Shown: positions 49,308 through 60,096, counted from the first letter of the whole stretch. The stretch is 63,162 nt of DNA, filler included, from 7 parts of 7 records of this genome joined end to end with filler, not necessarily neighbours in it, one strand, 5' to 3'. Numbers and translations are program-made. Notes: a model not told the origin generated them from the letters alone.

Positions 49308-50583
49308 GGATCACGGCGCCATTTTTCCCCACGCGCCCCAGAACAAATGGGATCAGTCCATTGCCCAGATGGCAGCCTGGTGTCAGAAGTACAAAATTGA
49401 ACTGGTGGCCATCGGCAACGGCACCGCCTCCCGGGAAACCGAGAAACTGGTGGGCGACCTCTGCAAGCGTTACCCCGAACTGAAGCTGGCCCGCATTGTG
49501 GTGAATGAGTCCGGGGCATCAATTTATTCCGCCTCGGAATTTGCCTCCCGGGAACTGCCGGATCTGGATGTCACCATCCGTGGTGCAGTGTCCATTGCCC
49601 GCCGTTTGCAGGATCCGCTGGCCGAGCTGGTGAAAATCGAGCCCAAGTCTATCGGCGTGGGGCAGTACCAGCACGATGTGTCCCAGGTACAGCTGTCCCG
49701 TAGCCTGGATGCGGTCGTTGAGGACTGTGTAAACGGCGTGGGCGTGGATCTGAATACCGCGTCGGTACCGTTGCTTACCCGGGTGTCTGGCCTGAATCCG
49801 AGCATTGCCCAGAACATCGTGGATTTCAGGAACCAGAACGGCAAGTTCAGCAGTCGCAAACAGCTGCTGAAGGTGTCTCGATTGGGTGATCGCACCTTTG
49901 AACAGGCTGCGGGCTTCCTGCGTATCGCCGGGGGCGAAAACCCTCTGGACCGGTCATCCGTGCATCCGGAAGCCTACGGTGTGGTTGAGGCAATTGCTGA
50001 GCGTAATGGCAAGAAGGTGGAGGATATCCTTGGCGATTCCGCGTTCCTGCGCAGTCTTAACCCACAGGACTATGTAACCGAGCAGTTCGGCCTGCCCACC
50101 ATCAAGGACATTATCTCCGAGCTGGAAAAACCGGGCCGGGACCCGCGACCGGAATTCCGCTTTGCCCATTTCGAGGAAGGGGTGGAAACTCTCAACGACC
50201 TCAAACCCGGTATGGTGCTGGAGGGCTCGGTAACCAACGTCACCAACTTCGGTGCCTTTGTGGATATCGGCGTTCACCAGGATGGCCTGGTGCACATCTC
50301 GGCCTTGTCCCATACTTTCGTGAAAGATCCGAGAGAAGTGGTCAAGGCCGGTGACATCGTCAAGGTCAAAGTGATGGAAGTGGACATTCCCCGTAAGCGG
50401 ATTGGCCTGTCCATGCGTATGGATGACCAGCCGGGGGCAGACAACAAGCCAGCCCGGGGCGCAGACCGGAACTCTGGCCGCAGTGCAGGGCGCAAACCTC
50501 AGGCCGGCCAGGGCGCACCTCAAGGTGCCATGGCTGGCGCTCTGGCCCAGGCTATGGCCTCTGCCCGTAAGAACGGCCGTTAA
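49308..50583 (+). CDS. tex: Tex family RNA-binding protein, 5' truncated
   Basis: [35 protein letters not shown]1 domain [22 protein letters not shown]. Confidence 0.93.
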
Positions 50584-50648
50584 CCCCTTCCACTGATTCA
50601 CAGCCGTTACGTCTCACAAGGGCGTAACGGCTGCAACAGGAGCTCAAC

Positions 50649-52205
50649 ATGGCACAATCCCGCCACTCCCTGTTCCAACAGTTTGCCGCCAGTGACTGGG
50701 ACGGTTTCCTCAAAGGGGTCGAAAAGGAAGGCCTGCGCGTCGATGCCAATGGCTTCATTGCCCAGACACCACATCCGGAAGCCCTGGGCTCCGCACTGAC
50801 CCACCCCCGTATCACGACCGACTACTCGGAAGCCCTGCTGGAACTGATCACGCCGGTCTTCGACAATACTGAAGCTATGCTGGCCTCGTTGCGGGATATA
50901 CATCGGTTCGTCCAGCAGAACCTGGATAACGAAGTGTTCTGGGCCGCGAGCATGCCCTGCGAGATTGACGGCGATGCCAGCATTCCCATTGCCGAGTACG
51001 GCAGCTCCAACACTGGCCGGCTCAAGCATGTGTATCGTCAGGGTCTGGCGGTGCGTTATGGCCGGATTATGCAGAGTATTGCCGGCGCCCATTACAATCT
51101 TTCCCTGCCGGACAGTTTCTGGCGCAAATGGCAGGAACTGGTGGGCAACAAGGATAGCCTCAGGGATTTCAAATCAGACCAGTACTTCTGGCTGATCCGG
51201 AATTTCCGCCGCCGCAGCTGGTTGCTGATGCTGCTGTTTGGCGCCTCGCCGGCACTGGATGCCAGTTTTGTGGCCGGCGTCCGGCACGACCTGGCACGGT
51301 TCGATGATCGCACCTGGTTTGGCCAGCACGCCACGTCTTTGCGCATGGGGGATCTGGGTTACCACAACAATGCCCAGGCCTCGCTGAATATCTGCTTCAA
51401 TGAGCTGAGCACTTATACCCGGACACTGGATCGCGCCATCCACACCAACTGGCCAGCGTATGAAGCCATTGGCACCCGGCGCAATGGCGAGTTTGTCCAG
51501 ATCAATACCAATGTGCTTCAGATTGAGAACGAGTACTACAGCGCGGTACGTCCCAAGCGCACCACCGAGCGGGGTGAAAAGCCGATCCAGGCTCTGGATG
51601 CCCGGGGTGTGGAATACATTGAGGTGCGTTGTCTGGACCTGGATCCGTTCTCGCCGGTGGGCGTGAACCGCGAGCAGATCGATTTCCTCGACCTGTTCCT
51701 GCTGGATTGCCTGCTCACCGATTCTCCCCGTATTGAAGACGATGAGTGCGAACGGCTTGATGACAATTACAAGGACGTCGTCGCCAGCGGTCGCCTGCAT
51801 TCACTCAGTCTGTGCCGGGGTGGACAGCGTGTGCCTGTGGGCGAGGCCGCCGTTGAATGGCTGGAGCGCTTGCAGCCCCTGGCAGAGCTGCTGGATGGCT
51901 GGAATCATAGCGATACCTACAGGTCGGCGCTGGCGGCTCAACGGTCGAAACTCGAGGGCAATGATTGGGCGGTGCCTTCCGCTCGAGTGCTTGAGGCCAT
52001 GGGGCAGTCAGGCCTGGGCCATCGCGACTGGGTACAGGCGATATCCCGTGAACACCAGCAAACCCTGAATTCGGAGCCACTGGCACCGGAGGTGCTGGCG
52101 GACTTCCGTGCCATGAGTGCGCAGTCCCTGGTCGAGCAGAAAGAGCAGGAAGCTGCGGACAGTCAGCCATTTCCGGAGTTTCTGGAGGCCTACCTGAAAT
52201 CCTGA
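50649..52205 (+). CDS. gshA: Glutamate--cysteine ligase
   Basis: GVEKEGLR, ITTDYSEALLELIT, GAHYNLS, TSLRMGDLGY, LQIENEYYS, YIEVRCLD. Confidence 0.95.
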   Translation: MAQSRHSLFQQFAASDWDGFLKGVEKEGLRVDANGFIAQTPHPEALGSALTHPRITTDYSEALLELITPVFDNTEAMLASLRDIHRFVQQNLDNEVFWAASMPCEIDGDASIPIAEYGSSNTGRLKHVYRQGLAVRYGRIMQSIAGAHYNLSLPDSFWRKWQELVGNKDSLRDFKSDQYFWLIRNFRRRSWLLMLLFGASPALDASFVAGVRHDLARFDDRTWFGQHATSLRMGDLGYHNNAQASLNICFNELSTYTRTLDRAIHTNWPAYEAIGTRRNGEFVQINTNVLQIENEYYSAVRPKRTTERGEKPIQALDARGVEYIEVRCLDLDPFSPVGVNREQIDFLDLFLLDCLLTDSPRIEDDECERLDDNYKDVVASGRLHSLSLCRGGQRVPVGEAAVEWLERLQPLAELLDGWNHSDTYRSALAAQRSKLEGNDWAVPSARVLEAMGQSGLGHRDWVQAISREHQQTLNSEPLAPEVLADFRAMSAQSLVEQKEQEAADSQPFPEFLEAYLKS

Positions 52206-52316
52206 CGCCGCTTGTGTCACGTCCGGAAAGGGACGTGACGCACAGAACCGGCTGTCCGGTTTGCTGGATCTGTTACCTGCTGTTACTTTCTATTACATCA
52301 GGTAAGGAGGTGGCCC

Positions 52317-52532
52317 ATGGCAACGGATATCAAGCTCGGCTGGGATGTAGAAGCATTGAACAAGGCCTACCGGCAGGGATACATGGCCGGAGAGATGGGC
52401 ATGGACAAAACCCGCTGTCCATACCGTGGTGAGGTCATTATTGCCGCCTGGGAAGCCGGTTGGGATGATGCCGGTCAGGCCCGGAAACAGCGCCCGCAAC
52501 AGGATGATGATCTGTTCTCACGCATCGCCTGA
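52317..52532 (+). CDS. Ribosome modulation factor-like small protein
   Basis: AYRQGYMAG......CPY........WEAGW pattern. Strong TAAGGAGGT RBS. Confidence 0.7.
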   Translation: MATDIKLGWDVEALNKAYRQGYMAGEMGMDKTRCPYRGEVIIAAWEAGWDDAGQARKQRPQQDDDLFSRIA

Positions 52533-52562
52533 TCCGGTGCCACCGCCCGGTGGATGCGGCAA

Positions 52563-53018
52563 CTAGCGCTGAACCACAAACTCGGTAAACAGCACTCCGG
52601 TAATGGTCTCACCGGTTTGCTGCTCCTCCAGCACTCCGTTTATCCGTTTGGTTGCTTCTTCCCGCAGCGCCTGCTGGCCGTCCATGGAAGACAATTGGTC
52701 AAGATCCGTCTGCTCACCAAACAGCATCACCAGTTCGTGCCGTAACCTGGGCATGTGCGCTTCTACCGCCGGCCGGGTGGTTTCGCGGGAGGCCCGAATG
52801 GTTACGGAGGCTTTGAGATAGGCCACTTTCGCATCCGGTTTGCCGACATGGGTGACGAATGCCGGTTCCATGGCGATATAGTCGGTTACCCCCTTCACTT
52901 CGGTTTCTTCATCAGCTTCCTCGGCCATGGTGGGCAGGGAAGGCATCAGTGCGCACAGGGTCAGTAACAGGGCCGGCGTCAGTTTTCTGAGAATGGTCAT
53001 AGGCTTGGCGTTAGTCAT
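52563..53018 (-). CDS. fliL: FliL family protein
   Basis: YIAMEPAFV, YLKASV, HMPRLRHEL, LREEA, VLFTEFVVQ. Confidence 0.8.
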   Translation of the reverse strand: MTNAKPMTILRKLTPALLLTLCALMPSLPTMAEEADEETEVKGVTDYIAMEPAFVTHVGKPDAKVAYLKASVTIRASRETTRPAVEAHMPRLRHELVMLFGEQTDLDQLSSMDGQQALREEATKRINGVLEEQQTGETITGVLFTEFVVQR

Positions 53019-53120
53019 GGGTTAGGATTGGTTCAGTGTTTCATGGCACGCTGGTTTTTCTCTGAGAATATCAGGCCATGGAAGCTTGTGCAGTCCACAT
53101 CATGATTCCGGGGTAGCGTT

Positions 53121-53627
53121 TTGACAAGCAGATGGATATTCGGGTTGGTATTTCTGGTGTGCGCCGGGTTGCTGGCGGTGGCCTTTTACATGGAGCACGT
53201 GATGGGTCTGGAGCCTTGCCCGTTGTGCTGGTTGCAGCGTTTCGGATTTATGGGTGCGGGGCTGGTCAGTCTGTTGGCGTTTCTGCACGGACCCCGCGGG
53301 TTCGGCAACCGGGTCTACGGGCTGTTACTGATTGTTGCCGCTGGCGCTGGTCTGGCGGTGGCGGGGCGTCAGCTATGGTTACAGAGTCTGCCGGCGGACC
53401 AGGTGCCTGCCTGTGGCCCTTCGGTTGATTACATGCTCGAGGTACTACCCTGGTTTGAAGTGCTGCAAACCGCATTGAAAGGCACTGGTGATTGCGCCGA
53501 AGTGGTCTGGCGTTTTCTCGGTCTGAGTATCCCCGGATGGACCGCGGTCTTTTTCAGCCTGCTGATTGTGCTGGGGCTGTTTGTGATGCTGCGACGCTAT
53601 TCTCCCCGGGACTGGTTGCAGAGCTGA
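53121..53627 (+). CDS. dsbB: Disulfide bond formation protein B
   Basis: LEPCPLCWLQR, PACGP, GTGDCAEV, four TM segments. Confidence 0.93.
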   Translation: MTSRWIFGLVFLVCAGLLAVAFYMEHVMGLEPCPLCWLQRFGFMGAGLVSLLAFLHGPRGFGNRVYGLLLIVAAGAGLAVAGRQLWLQSLPADQVPACGPSVDYMLEVLPWFEVLQTALKGTGDCAEVVWRFLGLSIPGWTAVFFSLLIVLGLFVMLRRYSPRDWLQS

Positions 53628-53732
53628 AACAGTTGCGGCTGACCATGACCATGGGGTAACTTGAATCCAACATAATAATTATCAAGACTAGATCCAGAGA
53701 GCTGGCGGATTGACCGAGGGGAGACAGGCGTC

Positions 53733-54212
53733 ATGTTGGAGAATTGCCGGAATGCCAAGGAACGTTGGGGTGGTGTCAGCGAGCTGATTGATCGCTGGCT
53801 GAAAGAGCGCCAGGAGCTTCTGGTTCAGTATTGCGAGTTGTCTGGAGAAAGCGATTTTTCCCAGACTGATGCCCTCCGCGAAAAATTTGTCCGCCTGTGC
53901 GAAGTGCTGGTGGATTATGTTTCGGCCGGTCACTTTGAAGTCTACGAACAGCTGATTCAGGAGGCCCGTGAGTTCAACGACGGCGGCCTCGAACTGGCAG
54001 CAAAGCTCTATCCCCGGATCGAGCAAACCACGGAAGTGGCATTGAACTTTAATGATCGTCTGGATGGCCGGGAGCTGTCCGAGGTCGACGTCAGGGAATT
54101 GTTCAACGAGCTGTCACGGCTTGGAGAAGTGCTGGAGTCGCGCTTTGAGATGGAAGATTTCCTGATTGAGAATCTGCATAACGCCCATGCGGGCAAGGTG
54201 GCTTCGGCCTGA
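53733..54212 (+). CDS. rsd: Rsd/AlgQ anti-sigma70 factor
   Basis: ERWGGVSELIDRWLKERQEL, LVDYVSAGHFEVYE, RFEMEDFLI. Confidence 0.92.
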   Translation: MLENCRNAKERWGGVSELIDRWLKERQELLVQYCELSGESDFSQTDALREKFVRLCEVLVDYVSAGHFEVYEQLIQEAREFNDGGLELAAKLYPRIEQTTEVALNFNDRLDGRELSEVDVRELFNELSRLGEVLESRFEMEDFLIENLHNAHAGKVASA

Positions 54213-54240
54213 TTGCCTCTACCCGGAACCGCATTACCCG

Positions 54241-54282
54241 CAATAAAAAACCGGCCCCAGAAATGGCGCCGGTTTTTTATTG
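54241..54282. terminator. Bidirectional intrinsic terminator
   Basis: caataaaaaaccgg...ccggttttttattg between convergent genes. Confidence 0.85.
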
Positions 54283-54305
54283 CCTGCCGGAGTGCTGGCC
54301 AGAGC

Positions 54306-55040
54306 TTATTCGTCTGAACCAGCGTCGTCCTGCCCCGGATTCACGGCGATCAGCTCGACATCAAATACCAGGGTCTCGTTGGGGCCAATAGCCTGGTTGC
54401 CGCCCGGGCCGTAGGCCAGGTCAGACGGGATATAAAGCTTGTAACGAGCACCTTCGCTCATCAGCTGCAGGCCTTCTGTCCAGCCAGGAATCACCTGGTT
54501 CAGGCCAAAGGTCACGGTTTGCCCGCGCTCACGGGAGCTGTCGAATACCTCACCGTTGATCAGTTCGCCGGTGTAGTGGACTTCCACCTGATCTTCGGCG
54601 GTTGGGCGCTCACCGTTACCTTCTTCAATCACTTCGTACTGGAGACCGGATTCTGTGGTCTCAACGCCTTCACGTTCGGCGTTTTCTGCCAGGAAAGCCT
54701 CGCCGGCATCCTTGTTCTTCTGCGCGAGTTCTTCCAGTTGCTGCTCCTGCTTTTGCTGGAGCTCCTGCTGGTAGGCCATCAGCGCTTCCTGGATCTGCTC
54801 GCGGGTCAGTCGCTTGCTGTCTTCGTCACCGGCATGGCCATGCTGGATGCCCTGAAGGAACTGGTCCATCTGGAGATCCGGCAAGTCATTGCTCATGCGC
54901 TCACCCAGCACCAATCCCATGCCATAGCTGACTTTCTCAGGGGTGGTTTCAAGGGCCGGGTCGTTTGCCGGCTCCTGGGCTGTTGAGCAACCGGCAATCA
55001 GGCCGGTAACGGCGATAGCCAAAAGCGTTTTCTTCATCAT
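54306..55040 (-). CDS. FKBP-type peptidyl-prolyl isomerase (FkpA/Mip-like lipoprotein)
   Basis: LIAGC lipobox, SYGMG, SGLQY, VHYTG, FDSS, VIPGWTEGL, LAYG. Confidence 0.93.
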   Translation of the reverse strand: MMKKTLLAIAVTGLIAGCSTAQEPANDPALETTPEKVSYGMGLVLGERMSNDLPDLQMDQFLQGIQHGHAGDEDSKRLTREQIQEALMAYQQELQQKQEQQLEELAQKNKDAGEAFLAENAEREGVETTESGLQYEVIEEGNGERPTAEDQVEVHYTGELINGEVFDSSRERGQTVTFGLNQVIPGWTEGLQLMSEGARYKLYIPSDLAYGPGGNQAIGPNETLVFDVELIAVNPGQDDAGSDE

Positions 55041-55173
55041 TTCATCCTTTTCACGTGTTTCTGGGCTCTCTGGCCCTGGATTCTGAAAGTCAACAAGGTA
55101 ACGGGTTCAGCAGCAGGATGCCACTGAACATGTGTTAATCAGAGACTCATTTCGCGGCAATGCCCAGCCCGTG

Positions 55174-55554
55174 TCAGGAACCGCTGGCGGGTGAGCCATT
55201 GAGCGAATAGGGGGCCTGGTAGGGGGACTGCCAGTCATCTTCCGGGCTGATGGTCTGCGGCTTCCGGGGCACCGGGTCTGGGCGCTCAATGGCCAGGGCA
55301 TTCCAGGGGCCCTGGGCCGGCGGCTGATCGGCATAGTGCCAGTTGCCATCGGTGTCCTGCCACTTGAAAACGATATCCGGGCCTTCGGTGGGAATCGGCG
55401 ATGGCAGCAATCCCTCAAAGGAGGGAATCGTCGTCGCCTGCTCGGTTTTCACCGGTTCAGAGACCTGGTCGGGATCGCCGAGGCCGAAGAAAATCAGCAG
55501 CAGCAGAAGGCCGAGCGCCGGAAACGAAAGCCGGATCAGCCATTTCATGAACAT
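55174..55554 (-). CDS. DUF4124-domain membrane-anchored protein
   Basis: N-terminal TM segment, VFKWQDTDGNWHYADQPP. Confidence 0.8.
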   Translation of the reverse strand: MFMKWLIRLSFPALGLLLLLIFFGLGDPDQVSEPVKTEQATTIPSFEGLLPSPIPTEGPDIVFKWQDTDGNWHYADQPPAQGPWNALAIERPDPVPRKPQTISPEDDWQSPYQAPYSLNGSPASGS

Positions 55555-56087
55555 GATGGGCCGCCTCTGGTGGTCTGGCCTGCAAGCCGGCTGGCCAGAA
55601 GTTCAAGATGAGATTTTACCCGCGTGGGTATGTTGTCGGACGGCGCGGCAGCGACAAGATTCTGCTCGATGATGGTGCCTGATTTCTGCATGTTTCCGCG
55701 CTCCGCTTCGGATTCTTTCAACGTTTGCCAGATCAGAGCCAGCTCCAGCTGTTCGGCCAGCAGCTCTGCCTTGGCCAGAGTGTCCCGCAGCTCCACGCCA
55801 TGATCATTGGCTCGGGGAACAGACTTGCGGGCGGAGCGAAGGCAACCGGTTACACGGCTTCGCCACTCTGTTACCTTAGCGTCCTCAACGCCAGAGAACG
55901 ACTGACCCTGCGTGGCGAGCCAGCCGGCACAGAGGATGCGACTTACGCTCCATCCCTCGGATTGCAGCTCAAGACAGGCCTCAGCCACCTGCGGATCCTG
56001 CCATTGGGCTAGGGCATAACGCCATAACGGATTGTCTGGTTCCATGTGTTCTGGAAGTTCCAGCGGCTCCGCTTGTTGAACGGTCAT
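55545..56087 (-). CDS. TIGR02444/DUF2390 family protein
   Basis: LWRYAL...VAEACLELQ...ILCAGWL...LRSARK...ELLAEQLEL. Confidence 0.7.
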   Translation of the reverse strand: MTVQQAEPLELPEHMEPDNPLWRYALAQWQDPQVAEACLELQSEGWSVSRILCAGWLATQGQSFSGVEDAKVTEWRSRVTGCLRSARKSVPRANDHGVELRDTLAKAELLAEQLELALIWQTLKESEAERGNMQKSGTIIEQNLVAAAPSDNIPTRVKSHLELLASRLAGQTTRGGPSCS

Positions 56088-56129
56088 GTTGGCGCTTCCC
56101 TGGCAGTAATCCATGGATAGATTAAATCT

Positions 56130-56667
56130 ATGTTAACGATAACCGATCTCAGTTTACAACGGGGCGGCGTCTGGTTGCTAGAAAACGTGAACCTGACCGT
56201 GCAACCGGGGCAGCGCGTTGCCATTGTTGGTGCCAATGGTGCCGGCAAATCCAGTCTTTTCCAGCTCTTGCTGGGGCAGCTTGCACCCGAGCAAGGCAGC
56301 GTGGCGTTGCCCGGTGGCTGCCGGATTGCCCATATGGCTCAGGAAGTCGCGGCTTCGTCCAGATCCGCCCGGGATTTTGTGCTGGATGGCGACACCGAGT
56401 TGCGGCGAATGGAGCGGGCGCTGGCCGAGGCGGAAGCGGGTGGTGATGACCATGCCATTGCCCGTCTGCACGGGGAGCTGGATATTCACGAAGCCTGGTC
56501 CGCACCGCGCCGGGCAGAGACACTGCTCAGGGGCCTGGGCTTCGCCGACAGCGATGCCGGGCGCCCGGTTTCCGCATTTTCCGGTGGCTGGCGTATTCGA
56601 CTGAACCTGGCCCAGGCACTGATGCGTCCATCCGATCTGCTGTTGCTGGATGAGCCCACCAACCACC
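56130..56667 (+). CDS. yheS: ABC-F family ATPase (YheS-like), 3' truncated
   Basis: GANGAGKS, FSGGWRIRLNLAQAL, LLLDEPTNH. Confidence 0.75.
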
Positions 56668-56767
56668 NNNNNNNNNNNNNNNNNNNNNNNNNNNNNNNNN
56701 NNNNNNNNNNNTTAATTAATTAANNNNNNNNNNNNNNNNNNNNNNNNNNNNNNNNNNNNNNNNNNNN
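56668..56767. other. Artificial contig spacer
   Basis: Same linker. Confidence 0.97.
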
Positions 56768-56771
56768 GAGT

Positions 56772-56857
56772 TGGTGCGGAAGGGGGGACTTGAACCCCCA
56801 CGTCAATTAAGACACTACCCCCTCAAGATAGCGCGTCTGCCATTCCGCCACTTCCGC
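56772..56857 (-). tRNA. tRNA-Leu(GAG)
   Basis: Acceptor stem GCGGAAG/CTTCCGC plus ACCA, anticodon arm CTATC-TTGAGGG-GGTAG, long variable arm, GGTTCAAGTCC T arm. Confidence 0.95.
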
Positions 56858-56922
56858 GAGTGAACAGCCCCAAAATTACGGTTTTTTTACATTAAGACAA
56901 TACATGTGGATAAGTTTTTTTC

Positions 56923-59280
56923 TCAGCGCCGGATTAGGACTGCTTTAGTTTGTGCTGCTTCCGACAGGGTTTCGGAGAATCCAGAGATAATGTAGACGCC
57001 GCTGGGAGCTTTGCGGCCCTGCTGGTCCAGGCCGTCCCAGATGACGGTGCGTGAGTTGAGAGCGTTGAGGGAGCGAACGAGGATGCCGTCGATCGTACTG
57101 ACTTTGACGCTGCTTTGTTCGGCCAGGCCGTCAATTACAAGTTCGTCGTCCTCAGAAGGAATGAATGGTTGTGGGTAACAGCGGATTTCCGAAAAGTCCG
57201 ACTCTGCGCGGATGGAGAGCGTCTGCACGCAGGAAAGGCCTTCGTCGGTGCCCATGTAAACACGGCCACTGTTGGGATCGTTGGCCAGAGCGAGGACGGC
57301 GTTGCTAACGAGCGGGGAGTTGTCCGTCGTAATTTGCGCCAGAACCTCGGTACCATCGTCGTTGATGACCCAGACACCGTTATTGGTTGCGATCCATTTG
57401 TTGTTAATTGGATCGACCATAATATCGTTAACAAATTGCCCGGAAAGGTCGGTGATAGCACGCAGGAACAATCTATCGCCTGTTAATACTGCGAAAGGGT
57501 TGGCAATGACGTAGAGGTTACGTGAGGTGCCAATCCAGACCTGATCGCTGGCGTCAACTTCAACGGAGTTCTGACCGTTTTCCTGTAGGGCGGAGTTGGT
57601 TGTGTTTAAGACACCAAAGACGTCATCGCTGCTGCTGGCGCGGTCAAACCTCTCGTTAAAGTACCACACACCAAGGTCGGCGTCACCACCGACCCATTTG
57701 GTGCCGGATGCGTCAATTGAGAGGTAGAGCATGTCAACTTCACGACCGACATTAAACAACTCAAACCCTTCGGTTTCGGACCAGGAGATGAGGCCTGCGC
57801 CATCTTTGTTAATCAGCCAGGTATATCCGCGGAACTCGTCGCGTTTAATATCACCCAGGAGCACAAATGTGGGATTTTCTGTGTTAAAGCCTTGGAGTGG
57901 CGAATTCTGTTCGTCAAACAGGTCAATGCGGTTGGCGTCATCGGAGAAGCGGTAAGCGCCGTCACCCCAGGAGCCGGCCCATACTGAGCCGTCACCCATA
58001 GCCTGAATGCGGTAGAGATCGTTGTTTTCGACTTCTTCGCGCGTGGATTTTGTGAAATTTTGCCACTCGCCGTTAACGAGGCGGGTAACGCCGGTGCCTG
58101 CGGGTTGTGCACTGGCACACCAGAGTGTACCGCTATTGTCCACTGTAAGATCGCGGAAACGATTGCCCGCCGGAGAATTCGGAACTACTGGAGGATTCTG
58201 CTCGCGATTGCTGTCAAGCGTGAAAGCACCGATAGAATTTGTTAACACGTGCAGGGAGTCAATGCCATTAATACGCAGTGTGTCAATGCCCACAAACTGA
58301 TTTCGCAAATCGAAATCGGCGAAGTAGACGTTACCATTACCATCGCGGATATCAAATAGCGTCATAGCAAACAATTGATCGTTGATCGTTGCCATGCTGT
58401 AGACTTCAAGTTCAACCTCACGCTCTTCGACAAAGACTGTGTCCTCAAAGCGCAGAATACTTTTTTTGTTTGACGCGTAGACTACTCCGCGGAATACCGT
58501 AACATCGGTAACCAGTGGGTCATCGGTGGCGACTTCAAATAAGTCCCAGTTGGCGGGATTTGAGGGAAAGTCAAAGAATTGATCGGTTAACTCGGCGCGG
58601 ATGACACCAACGGATGTAGCGCCCCAAATTTCGTTGTTGTGAATAATAACCTGGCGAACCGAGATTTCACGAACGCCGGCGAAGTTGGTGACCGTAGACG
58701 GAAACGTTTGAGTTTCGCGGTCGAACAAGACCAAGCCAAAATCCGTTGCCACGATTACTTCATTATCTGTGAAGATAAAGTCGTTGATGGACACAGAGGG
58801 AAATTCATCGGATTTGTCGTTGATATCGCGAATATTGCTCCAGCTGTTGCCATCCCAGATGTCCACAAAACCATTAACACTGCCGGCGTACACATCGTTT
58901 GTGACGGGGTCTACTTTCAGGGCTGTGATATTGAGTTCACTGAGGGCATTGAGGTTGCGGAACTCGCGGTATTCATTGGTTTGCTGATTGTAGTTGAATA
59001 CTCCACCAGATGTTCCGAACCACATCAGATCGTCGGCATCGGTATCCGTGGCGCGGCAATCGACCATTGACGAGTAGGTAATCCATTCATCAAGGCGTAC
59101 TTGCGCTATCAGCGCAGTATGGAGGAAAAATCCAAGGATAAGAGCTAATACGATGCCGGGGCGCAAATCCTTGATGGCAGAGGGCATGGCAGCTGGGGCC
59201 TTAGCAGGAGTGGCCTTGGCGACATTGTCAGCGCCAGAGGCGGTTTTGCTGCAAGCAGCATTATAAGAAGAGGCGGTCAT
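56923..59280 (-). CDS. porZ: PorZ-like beta-propeller protein with T9SS C-terminal domain
   Basis: Signal ending IA|Q, propeller repeats (VDNSGTLW, IDASGTKW, VDPINNKWIAT), NSPL.SN, VYMGTDEGL, CYPQPF...IDGL...WDG...SGVY. Start is 59280 or 59187. Confidence 0.7.
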   Translation of the reverse strand: MTASSYNAACSKTASGADNVAKATPAKAPAAMPSAIKDLRPGIVLALILGFFLHTALIAQVRLDEWITYSSMVDCRATDTDADDLMWFGTSGGVFNYNQQTNEYREFRNLNALSELNITALKVDPVTNDVYAGSVNGFVDIWDGNSWSNIRDINDKSDEFPSVSINDFIFTDNEVIVATDFGLVLFDRETQTFPSTVTNFAGVREISVRQVIIHNNEIWGATSVGVIRAELTDQFFDFPSNPANWDLFEVATDDPLVTDVTVFRGVVYASNKKSILRFEDTVFVEEREVELEVYSMATINDQLFAMTLFDIRDGNGNVYFADFDLRNQFVGIDTLRINGIDSLHVLTNSIGAFTLDSNREQNPPVVPNSPAGNRFRDLTVDNSGTLWCASAQPAGTGVTRLVNGEWQNFTKSTREEVENNDLYRIQAMGDGSVWAGSWGDGAYRFSDDANRIDLFDEQNSPLQGFNTENPTFVLLGDIKRDEFRGYTWLINKDGAGLISWSETEGFELFNVGREVDMLYLSIDASGTKWVGGDADLGVWYFNERFDRASSSDDVFGVLNTTNSALQENGQNSVEVDASDQVWIGTSRNLYVIANPFAVLTGDRLFLRAITDLSGQFVNDIMVDPINNKWIATNNGVWVINDDGTEVLAQITTDNSPLVSNAVLALANDPNSGRVYMGTDEGLSCVQTLSIRAESDFSEIRCYPQPFIPSEDDELVIDGLAEQSSVKVSTIDGILVRSLNALNSRTVIWDGLDQQGRKAPSGVYIISGFSETLSEAAQTKAVLIRR

Positions 59281-59448
59281 GGTCCAACCTTTAACATTGT
59301 ACAAGAGTGCGTCTTGCAAAAGTGTTGTAGACTATTAAAACAACAGGAACAATGTGGTATAAGCCGTCTCCCGGTGCCTGGAAATTGCACAGGCAGGATG
59401 GAATATCTGGAATTGAGTACGGCCGAATGCATCGGCGCGACGCGGGAA

Positions 59449-59958
59449 TTATTTCTCCGCAGCCGGAATTTTTTCAAACAGGTTGACCATCTCAATTGCC
59501 GCCATGGCTACTTCTGAGCCTTTGTTTCCGGCTTTTGTACCGGCGCGCTCAATGGCCTGTTCGATAGTATCAGTCGTTAGTATACCCAACAAACACGGTT
59601 TGCCGCTGGACGTTGCCGCTGCGGCGACACCGGAGGCCGATGTGCCGGCAACAAAGTCAAAATGGGGCGTGGCTCCGCGGATCACAGCACCCAGGACCAA
59701 AACGGCATCGTATTCGGCACTATGCGCCAGGCGTTGTGCCAACTGCGGCAGTTCAAAACTTCCGGGACAGTAGGCGATCGTTATGTCGCTTTTATCAGCT
59801 CCATGCCGATAAAGTGTGTCCAGCGCACCTTCCACGAGTCTATCGACGATAAATTCGTTCCAGCGTGCCACTGCAATTGCAAAACGTTTGCCGGCAGCAT
59901 TAAACGTGCCTTCGATAATTTTGGGGAGGTTGTCCGGCATATTGGTTGACAAAGACAT
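59449..59958 (-). CDS. ribH: 6,7-dimethyl-8-ribityllumazine synthase
   Basis: ARWNEFI, PGSFELP, GAVIRGATPHFD, QAIERAGTKAGNKG. Confidence 0.95.
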   Translation of the reverse strand: MSLSTNMPDNLPKIIEGTFNAAGKRFAIAVARWNEFIVDRLVEGALDTLYRHGADKSDITIAYCPGSFELPQLAQRLAHSAEYDAVLVLGAVIRGATPHFDFVAGTSASGVAAAATSSGKPCLLGILTTDTIEQAIERAGTKAGNKGSEVAMAAIEMVNLFEKIPAAEK

Positions 59959-60096
59959 AAATCCGCTCCGAAGGTTACCTGTGTATTGCAGGTAGAATTG
60001 ATTGCAAGTTTGTTTGCGCGTGCTTGCCCTACAAGGCAAAAATTCAGTCACCTGTTTGGACTGAGCGATTATTCGGCTGATTTGCCTCAGCCTGTT

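Noticed and set aside
56772..56857. tRNA-Leu as an island integration site
   Set aside because: The contig ends 4 bp past CCA. No integrase or duplicated 3' end is visible, so it cannot be tested here.
59187..59319. Unusually long N-terminal extensions before signal peptides (porZ-like, also 4866-5000)
   Set aside because: Most simply explained by start-codon uncertainty.
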